Below are positions 8,487-17,986 of a DNA stretch of 64,000 nt, in pieces. Origin of the DNA: an uncultured Sphingobium sp. (GTDB taxonomy: Bacteria; Pseudomonadota; Alphaproteobacteria; Sphingomonadales; Sphingomonadaceae); the NCBI GenBank assembly GCA_964384275.1, contig CAYLKZ010000006.1, forward strand, positions 2,598 to 66,597, read 5' to 3'. The position numbers and the translations under genes were made by a program. The notes beneath the pieces were generated by a model. That model ran no database searches and was not told the DNA's origin. It saw only the letters and a list, made by a program, of their open reading frames with translations. Every line of letters starts with the position of its first letter. Position 1 is the first letter of the stretch.

Positions 8487-10313
8487 ATGATCAGTTCTGT
8501 TTCGCGCGCAGCGTTAGCAGTCGCGTTGCTTTTGCCGTTCGGGTCCGCGCTCGCGCAGACGGCGGCACATGAAAATCCAACGGCGGCGCAGGCCGAGGCG
8601 TTCCTGAAGGAAGCCGAAGACCGGCTGACGGCGGAGTCTCTCGACGCCAGCCGGGTGCAATGGATCAACTCCACCTATATCACCGTCGATAGCGATGCGC
8701 TGGCAGCGTCGAGCGGAGCGCGCTGGACGGAACTGGGCGTGCGCTATGCGATCGAGGCGGCGCGTTATGCGCGCGCGCCAGACCTGTCGGCGGATACGCG
8801 CCGCAAGCTCGACATGCTGCGGTCGGGCCTGACGCTTGCTGCTCCCACAACGGCGGGCAGCGCCGAGGAACTGAGCACCATTTCGACCGGTCTCCAGTCC
8901 CGCTACGGCAAGGGCAAGGGCACGCTGCGCGGGCAGCCGATCAACGGCTCAGATATCGAGGAGGCGATGGGCACCGAGCGCGATCCCGCCTTGCTTCAGG
9001 AGATGTGGACGAGCTGGAACGACGGCGTGGGCGCGCCGATGCGGCAGGATTATGCCCGCATGGTCGATATCGCCAACAAGGGCGCGCAGGAACTGGGCTA
9101 TGCCGATACCGGCGCGATGTGGCGTTCCAAATATGACATGCCCGCCGATGAATTCGCGAAGATGATGGATCGCCTCTGGGGGGAGGTGAAGCCGCTTTAC
9201 GATGCGCTGCATTGCTATACCCGCGACGGGCTGAATCAGAAATATGGCGAGGCGGTGCAGCCCGCCAACGGGCCGATCCGCGCCGATCTGCTCGGCAATA
9301 TGTGGGCGCAGAGCTGGGGCAATGTCTATGATATCGTCGCGCCCAAGGGGGCAGGCGACCTCGGCTATGACATTGGCGAGCAGTTGAAGGCGCGCGGCGA
9401 CGATCCGGTTAAAATGGTGAAGATCGGCGAGGGTTTCTATGGCGCGCTCGGCCTGCCGGCCTTGCCGCAGACCTTCTGGGAACGGTCGCAGATCACCAAG
9501 CCGCTTGACCGCGAAGTGGTGTGCCATGCCTCCGCCTGGGATATCGACGCGAAGGACGATATCCGTATCAAGATGTGCACCAAGGTGAACAGCGAGGATT
9601 TCGTCACCATCCATCATGAGCTGGGCCATAATTATTATCAGCGCGCCTATCAGGCCCAGAGCTATCTGCACCGTGACGGCGCCAATGATGGCTTCCACGA
9701 GGCGATCGGCGATTTCGTCGCGCTTTCCATCACGCCCGATTATCTGGTGAAGATCGGCCTGCTCGGCGCGGACAACGTGCCTGCCACCGACAAGGATATC
9801 GGCCTGTTGCTACGGCAGGCGATGGACAAGGTTGCGTTTCTGCCCTTCGGCCTTCTGATCGACAAATGGCGTTGGGGCGTGTTCGACGGCTCGATTGCGC
9901 CGACAGGGTATCAGAAGGCGTGGGACGATCTGCGTCTGCGCTATCAGGGCGTGGTGCCGCCGGTGGCGCGCGACGAGAGCAAGTTCGACGCGGGCGGCAA
10001 ATATCATATCCCGGGCAATACTCCCTATGCGCGCTATTTCCTTGCCCATCTGCTGCAATTCCAATTCTATGAGGCCGCGTGCAAGGATGTGGGATGGAAG
10101 GGGCCGCTGCATCGCTGTTCCTTCTATGGCTCGGAAAAGGTTGGGAAGAAGCTCGACGCAATGCTGCACATGGGGGCGTCGCGGCCTTGGCAGGAGGCTT
10201 TGCAGCGCTTCACCGGATCGCGTGAGATCAGCGGCCGGTCGATCAACCGCTATTTCGCGCCGCTCAAGCAGTGGCTGGACAAGGAAAACAAGGGGAAGCA
10301 GTGCGGCTGGTGA
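8487..10313 (+). CDS. M2 family zinc metallopeptidase (ACE-like peptidyl-dipeptidase A), exported
   Basis: Signal peptide; LLGNMWAQSW, VCHASAWD, HHELGH zinc motif, GANDGFHEAIGD, KYHIP, PYARYF, LQFQF. Confidence 0.93.
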   Translation: MISSVSRAALAVALLLPFGSALAQTAAHENPTAAQAEAFLKEAEDRLTAESLDASRVQWINSTYITVDSDALAASSGARWTELGVRYAIEAARYARAPDLSADTRRKLDMLRSGLTLAAPTTAGSAEELSTISTGLQSRYGKGKGTLRGQPINGSDIEEAMGTERDPALLQEMWTSWNDGVGAPMRQDYARMVDIANKGAQELGYADTGAMWRSKYDMPADEFAKMMDRLWGEVKPLYDALHCYTRDGLNQKYGEAVQPANGPIRADLLGNMWAQSWGNVYDIVAPKGAGDLGYDIGEQLKARGDDPVKMVKIGEGFYGALGLPALPQTFWERSQITKPLDREVVCHASAWDIDAKDDIRIKMCTKVNSEDFVTIHHELGHNYYQRAYQAQSYLHRDGANDGFHEAIGDFVALSITPDYLVKIGLLGADNVPATDKDIGLLLRQAMDKVAFLPFGLLIDKWRWGVFDGSIAPTGYQKAWDDLRLRYQGVVPPVARDESKFDAGGKYHIPGNTPYARYFLAHLLQFQFYEAACKDVGWKGPLHRCSFYGSEKVGKKLDAMLHMGASRPWQEALQRFTGSREISGRSINRYFAPLKQWLDKENKGKQCGW

Positions 10314-10337
10314 GCGCCGCCGCTGACTGACGAAAAG

Positions 10338-10371
10338 AAAAAGCCGGAGGGCGCGAGGCTCTCCGGCTTTT
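10338..10371. terminator. Bidirectional intrinsic terminator between convergent genes
   Basis: aaaaagccggag-(loop)-ctccggctttt. Confidence 0.8.
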
Positions 10372-10392
10372 CCATGCTGGGCTGATAGAGGC

Positions 10393-10875
10393 TCAGAGCT
10401 GGCCGAGCATATGCTCCGCGCTCGACACCTTGAAGTCGCCGGGCGCCTCGACATTCAGTTCCTCGACCACGCCGTCCTTGACGATCATGGAGAAACGCTG
10501 GCCGCGCTTGCCCATGCCGAACTTGCTGGCATCCATTTCGAGGCCCAGCGCCTTGACGAAATCGCCGCTGCCGTCGGCAAGCATCGTCACCTTGCCGTCA
10601 GCATTCGCGGCTTTGCCCCAGGCGCCCATCACGAAGGCGTCGTTAACGGCGGTGCAGGCGACTTCGTCGACGCCTTTGGCCTTCAGTTCCTCGGCCTTGT
10701 CGATATAGCCGGGCAGATGGCGTGCCGAACAGGTCGGCGTGAACGCGCCGGGAACCGAGAACAGCGCCACGGTGCGGCCTGCAAAGAAGCTCTGGCCGTC
10801 CACCTGTTCGGGGCCATTGTCGGTCATGGTGGCGAAATTCGTCTGGGGCAGGGTGTCGCCCTTGGAAATAGTCAT
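10393..10875 (-). CDS. Peroxiredoxin (Prx5 / type II)
   Basis: Start trimmed to MTISKGD; PGAFTPTCS..HLPGY, VNDAFVMGAW, QRFSMIV. Confidence 0.92.
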   Translation of the reverse strand: MTISKGDTLPQTNFATMTDNGPEQVDGQSFFAGRTVALFSVPGAFTPTCSARHLPGYIDKAEELKAKGVDEVACTAVNDAFVMGAWGKAANADGKVTMLADGSGDFVKALGLEMDASKFGMGKRGQRFSMIVKDGVVEELNVEAPGDFKVSSAEHMLGQL

Positions 10876-11065
10876 GATGTGTCTCCCTCGGCTGATCGGG
10901 CAGGATGATTGATATGGGACGCGCGTTTGCACCTGACTCGGGCAATCTTTCTTGCGCGTTCCGCCTTTGCACTCTTCCAGAGGAGGCAAGTCAAGGGACA
11001 TGCATATAAAGGTTCGTCGCAAAAGCCGGTTGCCCGGCGATAGCGGACGGGGGTAGACTGCCTTC

Positions 11066-11650
11066 ATGCAGGACGACAGCCCCCGATCGAACGGCAGCCC
11101 CCGCTTTTACGGAGGGCGCATGTTGCTCGCGATGCCCGGCATGGAGGACGAGAATTTCAACCATGCCGCAATCGCGCTGTGCGTGCATGACGAACAGGGC
11201 GCGCTCGGCCTCGACCTCGGCAGGGAGATGGAGGGCGTTTTCCTCTCCGACCTGATGGAAGGCGTCGGCATAGAGGCGGAAGGGCTGGAGCAGGTGCCGG
11301 TGATGAGCGGCGGGCCGGTCGAACCGCAGCGCGGCTTCGTGCTGCACAGCCGGGACTGGAGCGGGCAGGATTCGGTGATGGTCGGCGCGGACTGGGCGCT
11401 GTCTGGCTCGCTCGACATATTGAAGGCCATCGCCGGGCATAGCGGGCCGGAGCGCTATATCGTCGCGCTGGGCTATTCCGGCTGGGGCGCGGGGCAGCTC
11501 GAATATGAGATGACGCGCCATGGCTGGTTTCTGGGCAAGGAGATCCCGGCCAGCCTTCATGGAGTGACGCCACGGCAGCGCTGGACCCATTGCTTCGCCG
11601 ATTGCGGCATCGACGCGCGCCTGCTCGCAGGCAAAGCCGGGCAGGCGTGA
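11066..11650 (+). CDS. YqgE/AlgH family protein (UPF0301)
   Basis: LLAMPGM.D.NF, GGPVEPQRGFVLHS, LGYSGWGAGQLE.E. Confidence 0.9.
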   Translation: MQDDSPRSNGSPRFYGGRMLLAMPGMEDENFNHAAIALCVHDEQGALGLDLGREMEGVFLSDLMEGVGIEAEGLEQVPVMSGGPVEPQRGFVLHSRDWSGQDSVMVGADWALSGSLDILKAIAGHSGPERYIVALGYSGWGAGQLEYEMTRHGWFLGKEIPASLHGVTPRQRWTHCFADCGIDARLLAGKAGQA

Positions 11651-11675
11651 GCGTCAGCGCCTGCTGCCACTCATC

Positions 11676-11695
11676 ACTTAAAGAAAACTTTATAT
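11676..11695. promoter_or_regulatory. Putative SahR (ArsR-family) operator upstream of ahcY
   Basis: AT-rich 20-bp imperfect palindrome ACTTAAAG-AAAA-CTTTATAT in GC-rich context, matching my recollection of the ATATAAAG-N4-CTTTATAT SahR consensus; sits next to a TTGCCT -35-like hexamer. Confidence 0.65.
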
Positions 11696-11788
11696 TGCCT
11701 TGCTAGGCTGCGGCGCGATTGCTAAAGGACGGCGTTCGCCGTTCCGCCGATGCGAACGGATCGTCGCCATCAGCATGGGAGAATTTCC

Positions 11789-13192
11789 GTGGCCACCGCC
11801 GCTCTCGAAAAAGATTATGTCATCGCCGATATCGGCCTTGCGGATTTCGGCCGCGCCGAAATCGCGATCGCCGAAACCGAAATGCCGGGCCTCATGTCAC
11901 TGCGCGAGGAATATGGCGCCGCGCAGCCTCTGAAGGGCGCCCGCATCACCGGCTCGCTGCACATGACCATCCAGACCGCGGTGCTGATCGAGACCCTTAC
12001 GGCGCTGGGCGCGGACGTGCGCTGGGCGACGTGCAACATCTTCTCGACGCAGGATCATGCCGCCGCCGCCATCGCCGCCGCCGGCATCCCGGTGTTCGCG
12101 ATCAAGGGCGAGAGCCTCGCCGATTATTGGGACTATGTCGGCCGCATCTTCGATTGGGGCGATGAGCCCTGCAACATGATCCTCGACGATGGCGGCGACG
12201 CCACCATGTTCGCGCTCTGGGGCGCGCGCATCGAGGCGGGCGAGGATCTGCCCGAGCCGGGCAATGCCGAGGAAGTCGAATTCCAGCGCGCGCTCAAGGC
12301 CTTCGTCAAGGAGAAGCCGGGCTATCTCACCAAGACCGTCGCCGCGATCAAGGGTGTGTCGGAAGAGACGACCACCGGCGTCCATCGCTTGTATCACATC
12401 GCCAAGGAAGGCAAGCTGCCGTTCCCGGCGATCAATGTGAACGACAGCGTCACCAAGTCGAAGTTCGACAATCTCTACGGCTGCAAGGAATCACTGGTCG
12501 ATGCGATCCGTCGCGCCACCGACGTGATGCTGGCGGGCAAGGTCGCCTGCGTCGCCGGTTTCGGTGACGTCGGCAAGGGCTCGGCCGCCTCGCTGCGCCA
12601 GGGCGGCGCGCGCGTGATGGTGACGGAGATCGACCCGATCTGCGCGCTTCAGGCGGCGATGGAAGGCTATGAAGTCGTCACCATGGAAGAAGCCGTGACG
12701 CGCTGCGACATCTTCGTGACCGCGACGGGCAATGAGGACGTCATCACCGCCGATCACATGAAGGCGATGAAGCCGATGTCGATCGTCTGCAATATCGGCC
12801 ATTTCGACAGCGAGATCCAGATCGCCGGCCTTTCCAACTATAAGTGGACCGAGGTTAAGCCCGGCACCGATCTGGTGGAATTCCCCGATGGCAAGCAGAT
12901 CATCATCCTCGCCAAGGGCCGTCTGGTGAACCTCGGCTGCGCCACCGGCCACCCGAGCTTCGTCATGTCGTCCAGCTTCACCAACCAGACGCTGGCGCAG
13001 ATTGAGCTGTTCACCAAGGCCGATCAGTATAAGAACGACGTCTATGTGCTGCCCAAGCATCTCGACGAGAAGGTCGCCGCGCTCCACCTCGAAAAGCTGG
13101 GTGTGAAGCTGACCACTTTGTCGAAAAAGCAGGCCGATTATATCGGTGTGCCGGTCGAAGGCCCGTTCAAGGCGGATCATTACCGCTATTGA
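11789..13192 (+). CDS. ahcY: Adenosylhomocysteinase (SAH hydrolase)
   Basis: [55 protein letters not shown]-terminal HYRY; GTG start after GGAGA. Confidence 0.97.
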   Translation: MATAALEKDYVIADIGLADFGRAEIAIAETEMPGLMSLREEYGAAQPLKGARITGSLHMTIQTAVLIETLTALGADVRWATCNIFSTQDHAAAAIAAAGIPVFAIKGESLADYWDYVGRIFDWGDEPCNMILDDGGDATMFALWGARIEAGEDLPEPGNAEEVEFQRALKAFVKEKPGYLTKTVAAIKGVSEETTTGVHRLYHIAKEGKLPFPAINVNDSVTKSKFDNLYGCKESLVDAIRRATDVMLAGKVACVAGFGDVGKGSAASLRQGGARVMVTEIDPICALQAAMEGYEVVTMEEAVTRCDIFVTATGNEDVITADHMKAMKPMSIVCNIGHFDSEIQIAGLSNYKWTEVKPGTDLVEFPDGKQIIILAKGRLVNLGCATGHPSFVMSSSFTNQTLAQIELFTKADQYKNDVYVLPKHLDEKVAALHLEKLGVKLTTLSKKQADYIGVPVEGPFKADHYRY

Positions 13193-13216
13193 TCGGCTTC
13201 CGCCGCAGCAAACAGG

Positions 13217-13247
13217 AAAAGGGGTGGGCGCAGGTCCGCCCCTTTTT
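13217..13247 (+). terminator. Intrinsic terminator after ahcY
   Basis: aaaaggggtgg-(loop)-ccgcccctttt. Confidence 0.75.
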
Positions 13248-13406
13248 GCTTTTGGTTCGAAGCAGATGCTTTGCCTGCCCGTCTATTTGGGGTAGTCGCT
13301 TGGATATGAGGACGAACGAGCGGCGACGCTGGAAAAATTGGGACTATTCGGAATCGAATGGGCCGGTATCGGGCTGGCTGAAATCGGGTAGGCGGGGGCT
13401 GGCCGG

Positions 13407-15809
13407 ATGACGCAGGTTTCTGGAACGGTCATGATTATCGCGGGGATTATCCTCGCTTGTTGGCTTGGCGCGGGCATCTGGGCGCTGGCGACCGGCCTCA
13501 AGCTGCGCCGCCGGAGCCTGTTCCAGCATGAGCAGGCGGACCGGCTGGCGGGGCTGCTGCAATCGGCCCCGGCCATTCCGGTGCTGATCCGCGCCGATGG
13601 CCATATTGAGGCGCCAGGCAGGCTTGCAAGCTGGCTGGGGCTGGAAAAGGTGCCGGGGTTTCTTTCAGAACTGACGGAAAGCGAAGGAGGCCTTGGCGAC
13701 GAAGATCGGGAGGCATTGGCGCAGGATGTGCAGGCCGCGCAGCGTGGCGGCAAGAGCTTCTCGCGCGCGGTGCAGGCCGTTGGATCGAGCCGCACGCTGT
13801 TGATCCGGGGCGCGCCCGCCGGGCCGGACCTCGCCAATATGGGCGGCGTGATCCTCTGGATTTTCGACGCGACCGAAAGCCAGCAACGCATTGCGGAGCT
13901 GGAGAAGAACGGCTTGCTGCTGCGCGATGCGCTGGAGGCGCTTTCCGGCCTGATCGAAGCTGCGCCGCTGCCGATGTGGTATCGGGATCGCGACCTTCAT
14001 CTCTCGCTGGTCAACAGCGCCTATGTGCAGGCGGTCGAGGCGGATAATCCCGCGGAGGTGATCGGGCAGGGGATCGAGCTGTTCGAGGCTATCGATGGCC
14101 AGTCGCCGCGTCAGGCCGCCAAATTCACGATGGATCGCGGTGAGGTGATGGCCCGCATCGTGCCCGCGACGCTGCATGGCGAGCGGCGGATGATGAAAAT
14201 GGTCGAGGTGCCGCTGGGCGACAACGGCATCGCTGGCTATGCGCTCGACCGGCAGGACTTCGAAAGCGCGCGGGCCGAGCAGGCGCGCCTCGTCGCGACC
14301 CAGCGCGACATGCTGGACAAGCTGTCTGCCGCCGTCGCGCAATTCGGCCCGGATCGCTCGCTCAGCTTCTGGAATCAGGCGTTCATCAGCCTGTTCGCGC
14401 TTCAGCCCGAGCATCTGATGGACCATCCGGAATTCGAACGGGTGCTGGATCGGATGCGCGAGGGCGGGCGCATTCCCGAGCATCGCGATTTCCCTGCCTG
14501 GCGGGCCGGGCGGCGTGGCTGGTTCACCGCGACCGAGCCGAAGGAGGAAAATTGGCTGCTGGCCGATGGCACTCATTTGCGTGTTTTCGCCCAGCCGATG
14601 CCCGATGGCGGGCTGCTGCTCATCTTCGAGGACCGCACAGAGCAGGTCCAGTTGTCGAGCGCGCGCGATACCCTGTTGCGCGTCCGCACAGCGACGTTCG
14701 ACAGTCTGTTCGAGGGGATTGGCGTGTTCGCCGCCGATGGCAAGCTGCACCTCTGGAACCAGCGCTTCCGCACCATCTGGAATGTCGAGGAGGCGGTGCT
14801 GGCCGCCCATCCGCGCATCGACGATTTCATGAACAGCATGGCCGACCGGCTCGCCAAGCCGCCGCAGGCCAGCCTTGTGCGCGAACTGATGCGATCCTGC
14901 ACCGTCGATCGCAAGCAGCGCAACGGCCGGGTGGTGTTCGCCGACGGGCGTACCTTCGATTTCGCGGCGATCCCGCTGCCCGACGGCAATGCGCTGTTCA
15001 CCATGCTCGACGTGACCGACAGCCGCCGCATAGAGGAAGTGCTGCGCGAGCAGAATGAGGCGCTGGCCGAGGCGGACAAGATCAAGACCTCGTTCCTCAC
15101 CAATATGAGCTACGATTTGCGCACTCCGCTGACCTCGATTGGTGGTTTCGCGGAAATGATGAAGGCGGGCTATGCGGGCGAGCTGCCCCCCACCGCGCAG
15201 GAATATGTGACCGCGATCCTCGACTCGACCACCAAATTGTCGGGGATGATCGACACGGTGCTCGACGCGACGCAGGGCGAGGCCGGCACGCTGCCGATCG
15301 AACGGGCGCCGGTGGAGCTATCCGTGCTGGTTGGCGACTGCCGCGATCGCTGGGCGCAGGCGGTGCGGGAGAAGGGGATCGAAATGGTCGTGGACGTGAA
15401 GCCCTCGACAGGACGGGTGATGGGCGATGCGCGGCGATTGTCGCAGGCGCTCGACCGGCTGATCGACAAGGCGCTCGCCACGCTGCCAGGCGGAGGGCGC
15501 ATCCTGCTGCATGGCGACGGACAGGTGAAGAGCGCGCGGCTGGTGATTTCCGATAACGGTCCGGGCATGGATGCCAAGACGCAGGCGCGGGCCTTCACTC
15601 TGTTCAGCGCCAATGGCGGGGGAGCGCGTGGCAAGGCGCTGGACCTCGACCTGCCGCTCGCCCGCCAGCTGGTCGAGGCGCATGGCGGCAAGCTGGACCT
15701 GATTTCCGAACCCGGCGAAGGCACGATGCTGACGATGGAGCTGCCGCGTGGCGACCTTCCCCGCATCGATGGTGCGCGGGCCGACGGTGCGCGTGCGGGT
15801 GGGGCATAG
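13407..15809 (+). CDS. divL: DivL-type PAS-domain pseudo histidine kinase
   Basis: N-terminal TM, multiple PAS repeats, H-box reads NMSYDLRTPL (Tyr in place of the phospho-His); ahcY-divL-tsaE-amgK-murU-addBA-trxA synteny. Confidence 0.85.
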   Translation: MTQVSGTVMIIAGIILACWLGAGIWALATGLKLRRRSLFQHEQADRLAGLLQSAPAIPVLIRADGHIEAPGRLASWLGLEKVPGFLSELTESEGGLGDEDREALAQDVQAAQRGGKSFSRAVQAVGSSRTLLIRGAPAGPDLANMGGVILWIFDATESQQRIAELEKNGLLLRDALEALSGLIEAAPLPMWYRDRDLHLSLVNSAYVQAVEADNPAEVIGQGIELFEAIDGQSPRQAAKFTMDRGEVMARIVPATLHGERRMMKMVEVPLGDNGIAGYALDRQDFESARAEQARLVATQRDMLDKLSAAVAQFGPDRSLSFWNQAFISLFALQPEHLMDHPEFERVLDRMREGGRIPEHRDFPAWRAGRRGWFTATEPKEENWLLADGTHLRVFAQPMPDGGLLLIFEDRTEQVQLSSARDTLLRVRTATFDSLFEGIGVFAADGKLHLWNQRFRTIWNVEEAVLAAHPRIDDFMNSMADRLAKPPQASLVRELMRSCTVDRKQRNGRVVFADGRTFDFAAIPLPDGNALFTMLDVTDSRRIEEVLREQNEALAEADKIKTSFLTNMSYDLRTPLTSIGGFAEMMKAGYAGELPPTAQEYVTAILDSTTKLSGMIDTVLDATQGEAGTLPIERAPVELSVLVGDCRDRWAQAVREKGIEMVVDVKPSTGRVMGDARRLSQALDRLIDKALATLPGGGRILLHGDGQVKSARLVISDNGPGMDAKTQARAFTLFSANGGGARGKALDLDLPLARQLVEAHGGKLDLISEPGEGTMLTMELPRGDLPRIDGARADGARAGGA

Positions 15810-15813
15810 GGCC

Positions 15814-16284
15814 GTGCCTGAAGCAGAGAGGCTTTCCCTCGATGCAGCCAGCGAGGCCGATATGATGGCTATCGGCGCGGCGCTGGCGAAGATGCTGCGC
15901 GCGGGCGACGTGGTCGCGCTCAAGGGTAGCCTCGGTACCGGCAAGACGACGTTGACGCGAGGGCTGCTGCGGGAATTGGGGCTTGAGGAAGAGGCGCCCA
16001 GCCCGAGCTTCGCCATCGTTCAGGGCTATGAACCGCCGGAGGTGCGCCTGCCGCTTGCCCATGTCGATCTCTACCGGCTGGAGGACGAGGCCGATCTGGA
16101 GGAGCTGGGCCTCGATGATTATCTTTATGACGGCGCGGTCGTGGTGGAATGGCCCGAGCGCATGGGCGCGAGGCTCTGGCCCCATGCGCTGCTGCTCTCC
16201 CTCGTCGCGGACGAGGCGGACGGGACGCGCCGCTTGACAGCGACGCTGCCACCGGCATGGAAGGAAAGATGGCCGTTTCAATGA
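15814..16284 (+). CDS. tsaE: tRNA threonylcarbamoyladenosine biosynthesis ATPase
   Basis: L.GSLGTGKTT P-loop, SPSFAIV, HVDLYRL, VEWPE; start estimated at GTG. Confidence 0.92.
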   Translation: MPEAERLSLDAASEADMMAIGAALAKMLRAGDVVALKGSLGTGKTTLTRGLLRELGLEEEAPSPSFAIVQGYEPPEVRLPLAHVDLYRLEDEADLEELGLDDYLYDGAVVVEWPERMGARLWPHALLLSLVADEADGTRRLTATLPPAWKERWPFQ

Positions 16285-17270
16285 TTCCCCCCGCCGCTGC
16301 TCGTCCTTTCCTGCAATCGCTGGGCTGGGGGGATGCCGATATCCTTCCGCTCGCCGGGGACGCTTCCTTCCGCCGCTATTTCCGCGTGGTCGATGGCGCG
16401 CGCCGGGCGGTGCTGATGGACGCGCCGTCGCCTCATGAGGACCCGCGCCCTTTTCTTGCCGTTGCGGGGCACCTCGCCGCGCAGGGCTTCGCCGCGCCCG
16501 CCATTTACGGGCAGGATCTGGTCGAGGGGCTGGTGCTGCTGGAGGATTTCGGGGATGCGCGGGTGCGCGATCATCTGGATGCGCATCCTGCCGGGGAGGA
16601 AGCGATCTACGCCCGCGCGGTGCTCCTGCTCGCCGATCTGCACCGCCTGCCGCCGGTCGAGGCGCTGCCCTATGACGGACAGGTCTATCAGCGGGAGGCC
16701 GCGCTGCTGACCGAATGGTATTGCCCGGCGGCGGGGCTGGATGTCGACGCTGCCGCCTATGCTGCCGCATGGGATGCGGTGCTGCCGCTGGTCGAACAGG
16801 ACGATGCGCCTCGCGTCACCGTGCTGCGCGATTATCATGCCGAGAATATCATGCTGATCGACGGACGGCCGCAATCCCATGATCTGGGCCTGCTGGATTT
16901 TCAGGACGCGCTGGTCGGCCATCCGGCCTATGATCTCGTTTCGCTGCTTCAGGATGCGCGCCGCGACGTCTCGCCGGAACTGGAGCGCCGGATGTTGGCG
17001 CTTTACAGGGAGGCCGCGCGGCCCGGCCCCGGTTTCGATGCCGCCTATGCGGTGCTGGGCGCGCAGCGCAACGCGAAGATCATCGGCATTTTCACCCGCC
17101 TGTGGAAGCGCGACGGCAAGCCGCGCTATCTTGATTATCTGCCGCGCATGTGGGGCCTTTTGGAACGCGACCTTGCCCATCCCGCGCTCGCGCCGGTCGC
17201 GGCATGGTTCGACGCCTATATTCCGCCCGAAGTCCGCCTCCGTCCGCTGGAGGGGCAGGAGGCCGCATGA
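16281..17270 (+). CDS. amgK: Anomeric MurNAc/GlcNAc kinase (aminoglycoside phosphotransferase fold)
   Basis: LAGDASFRRYFR, LLEDFGD, RDYHAENIM, LDFQDA, YDLVSLLQDAR, KIIGIFTRL..RDGKPRY; coupled to murU. Confidence 0.85.
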   Translation: MIPPAAARPFLQSLGWGDADILPLAGDASFRRYFRVVDGARRAVLMDAPSPHEDPRPFLAVAGHLAAQGFAAPAIYGQDLVEGLVLLEDFGDARVRDHLDAHPAGEEAIYARAVLLLADLHRLPPVEALPYDGQVYQREAALLTEWYCPAAGLDVDAAAYAAAWDAVLPLVEQDDAPRVTVLRDYHAENIMLIDGRPQSHDLGLLDFQDALVGHPAYDLVSLLQDARRDVSPELERRMLALYREAARPGPGFDAAYAVLGAQRNAKIIGIFTRLWKRDGKPRYLDYLPRMWGLLERDLAHPALAPVAAWFDAYIPPEVRLRPLEGQEAA

Positions 17271-17986
17271 GCACGAAGGTGACGACCGCGATGCTGATGG
17301 CGGCGGGCCTCGGCAAGCGCATGCGTCCGCTCACCGCCACCCGGCCCAAGCCGCTGGTGCGCGTGGCGGGCAAGGCGCTGATGGATCATGCGCTCGACCG
17401 GCTTGAAGCGGGAGGAATAGAGCGCGCTATCATCAATGTGCATTATCTCGCGGACACGGTGATCGCACATGTGAAGGCGCATCGGTCGGCGATGGAGATG
17501 CTGATTTCCGATGAACGCGACCAGTTGCTCGAAACCGGCGGGGGGCTGATGAAGGCTGCGCCACTGCTGGGCGACAGGCCGTTTTTGTGCGCCAACAGCG
17601 ATAATCTCTGGGTCGATGGGCCGCAGGACAGCATCGCCATGCTCTCGGAGCTTTGGGACGATGATCGCATGGATGCGCTGTTGCTGCTTGTCCCGCATGC
17701 GCATGCGACCTGCCATAGTGGGCCGGGTGATTTCCACATGGACGCCAATGGCCGTTTGACGCGCCGCAAGCCGAGCCATGTCGCCCCCTTCGTCTTTACC
17801 GGTGTGCAGATCATGTCGCCGCGTCTGCTTGTCGATCCGCCGGGCGATGTGTTTTCCACCAATGTGCTGTGGAACCGGGCGATGGAGCAGGGGCGGCTGT
17901 TCGGCGCATCCCATAAGGGGCTGTGGTTCGATGTCGGCACGCCCGCCGCCATCCCTGTGGTCGAAGCCGCGATGGGCCATGGCTGA
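17267..17986 (+). CDS. murU: MurNAc-alpha-1-phosphate uridylyltransferase (nucleotidyltransferase)
   Basis: AMLMAAGLGKRMRPLT...PKPLV, LLETGGG, NSD, WFDVGTP; follows amgK. Confidence 0.85.
   Translation: MSTKVTTAMLMAAGLGKRMRPLTATRPKPLVRVAGKALMDHALDRLEAGGIERAIINVHYLADTVIAHVKAHRSAMEMLISDERDQLLETGGGLMKAAPLLGDRPFLCANSDNLWVDGPQDSIAMLSELWDDDRMDALLLLVPHAHATCHSGPGDFHMDANGRLTRRKPSHVAPFVFTGVQIMSPRLLVDPPGDVFSTNVLWNRAMEQGRLFGASHKGLWFDVGTPAAIPVVEAAMGHG

Noticed and set aside
10930-10965. GGAAC...GTCA upstream of the peroxiredoxin as an ECF sigma promoter
   Set aside because: The 20-nt spacer and the -10 do not fit EcfG (GGAAC-N16/17-CGTT) or sigmaE.
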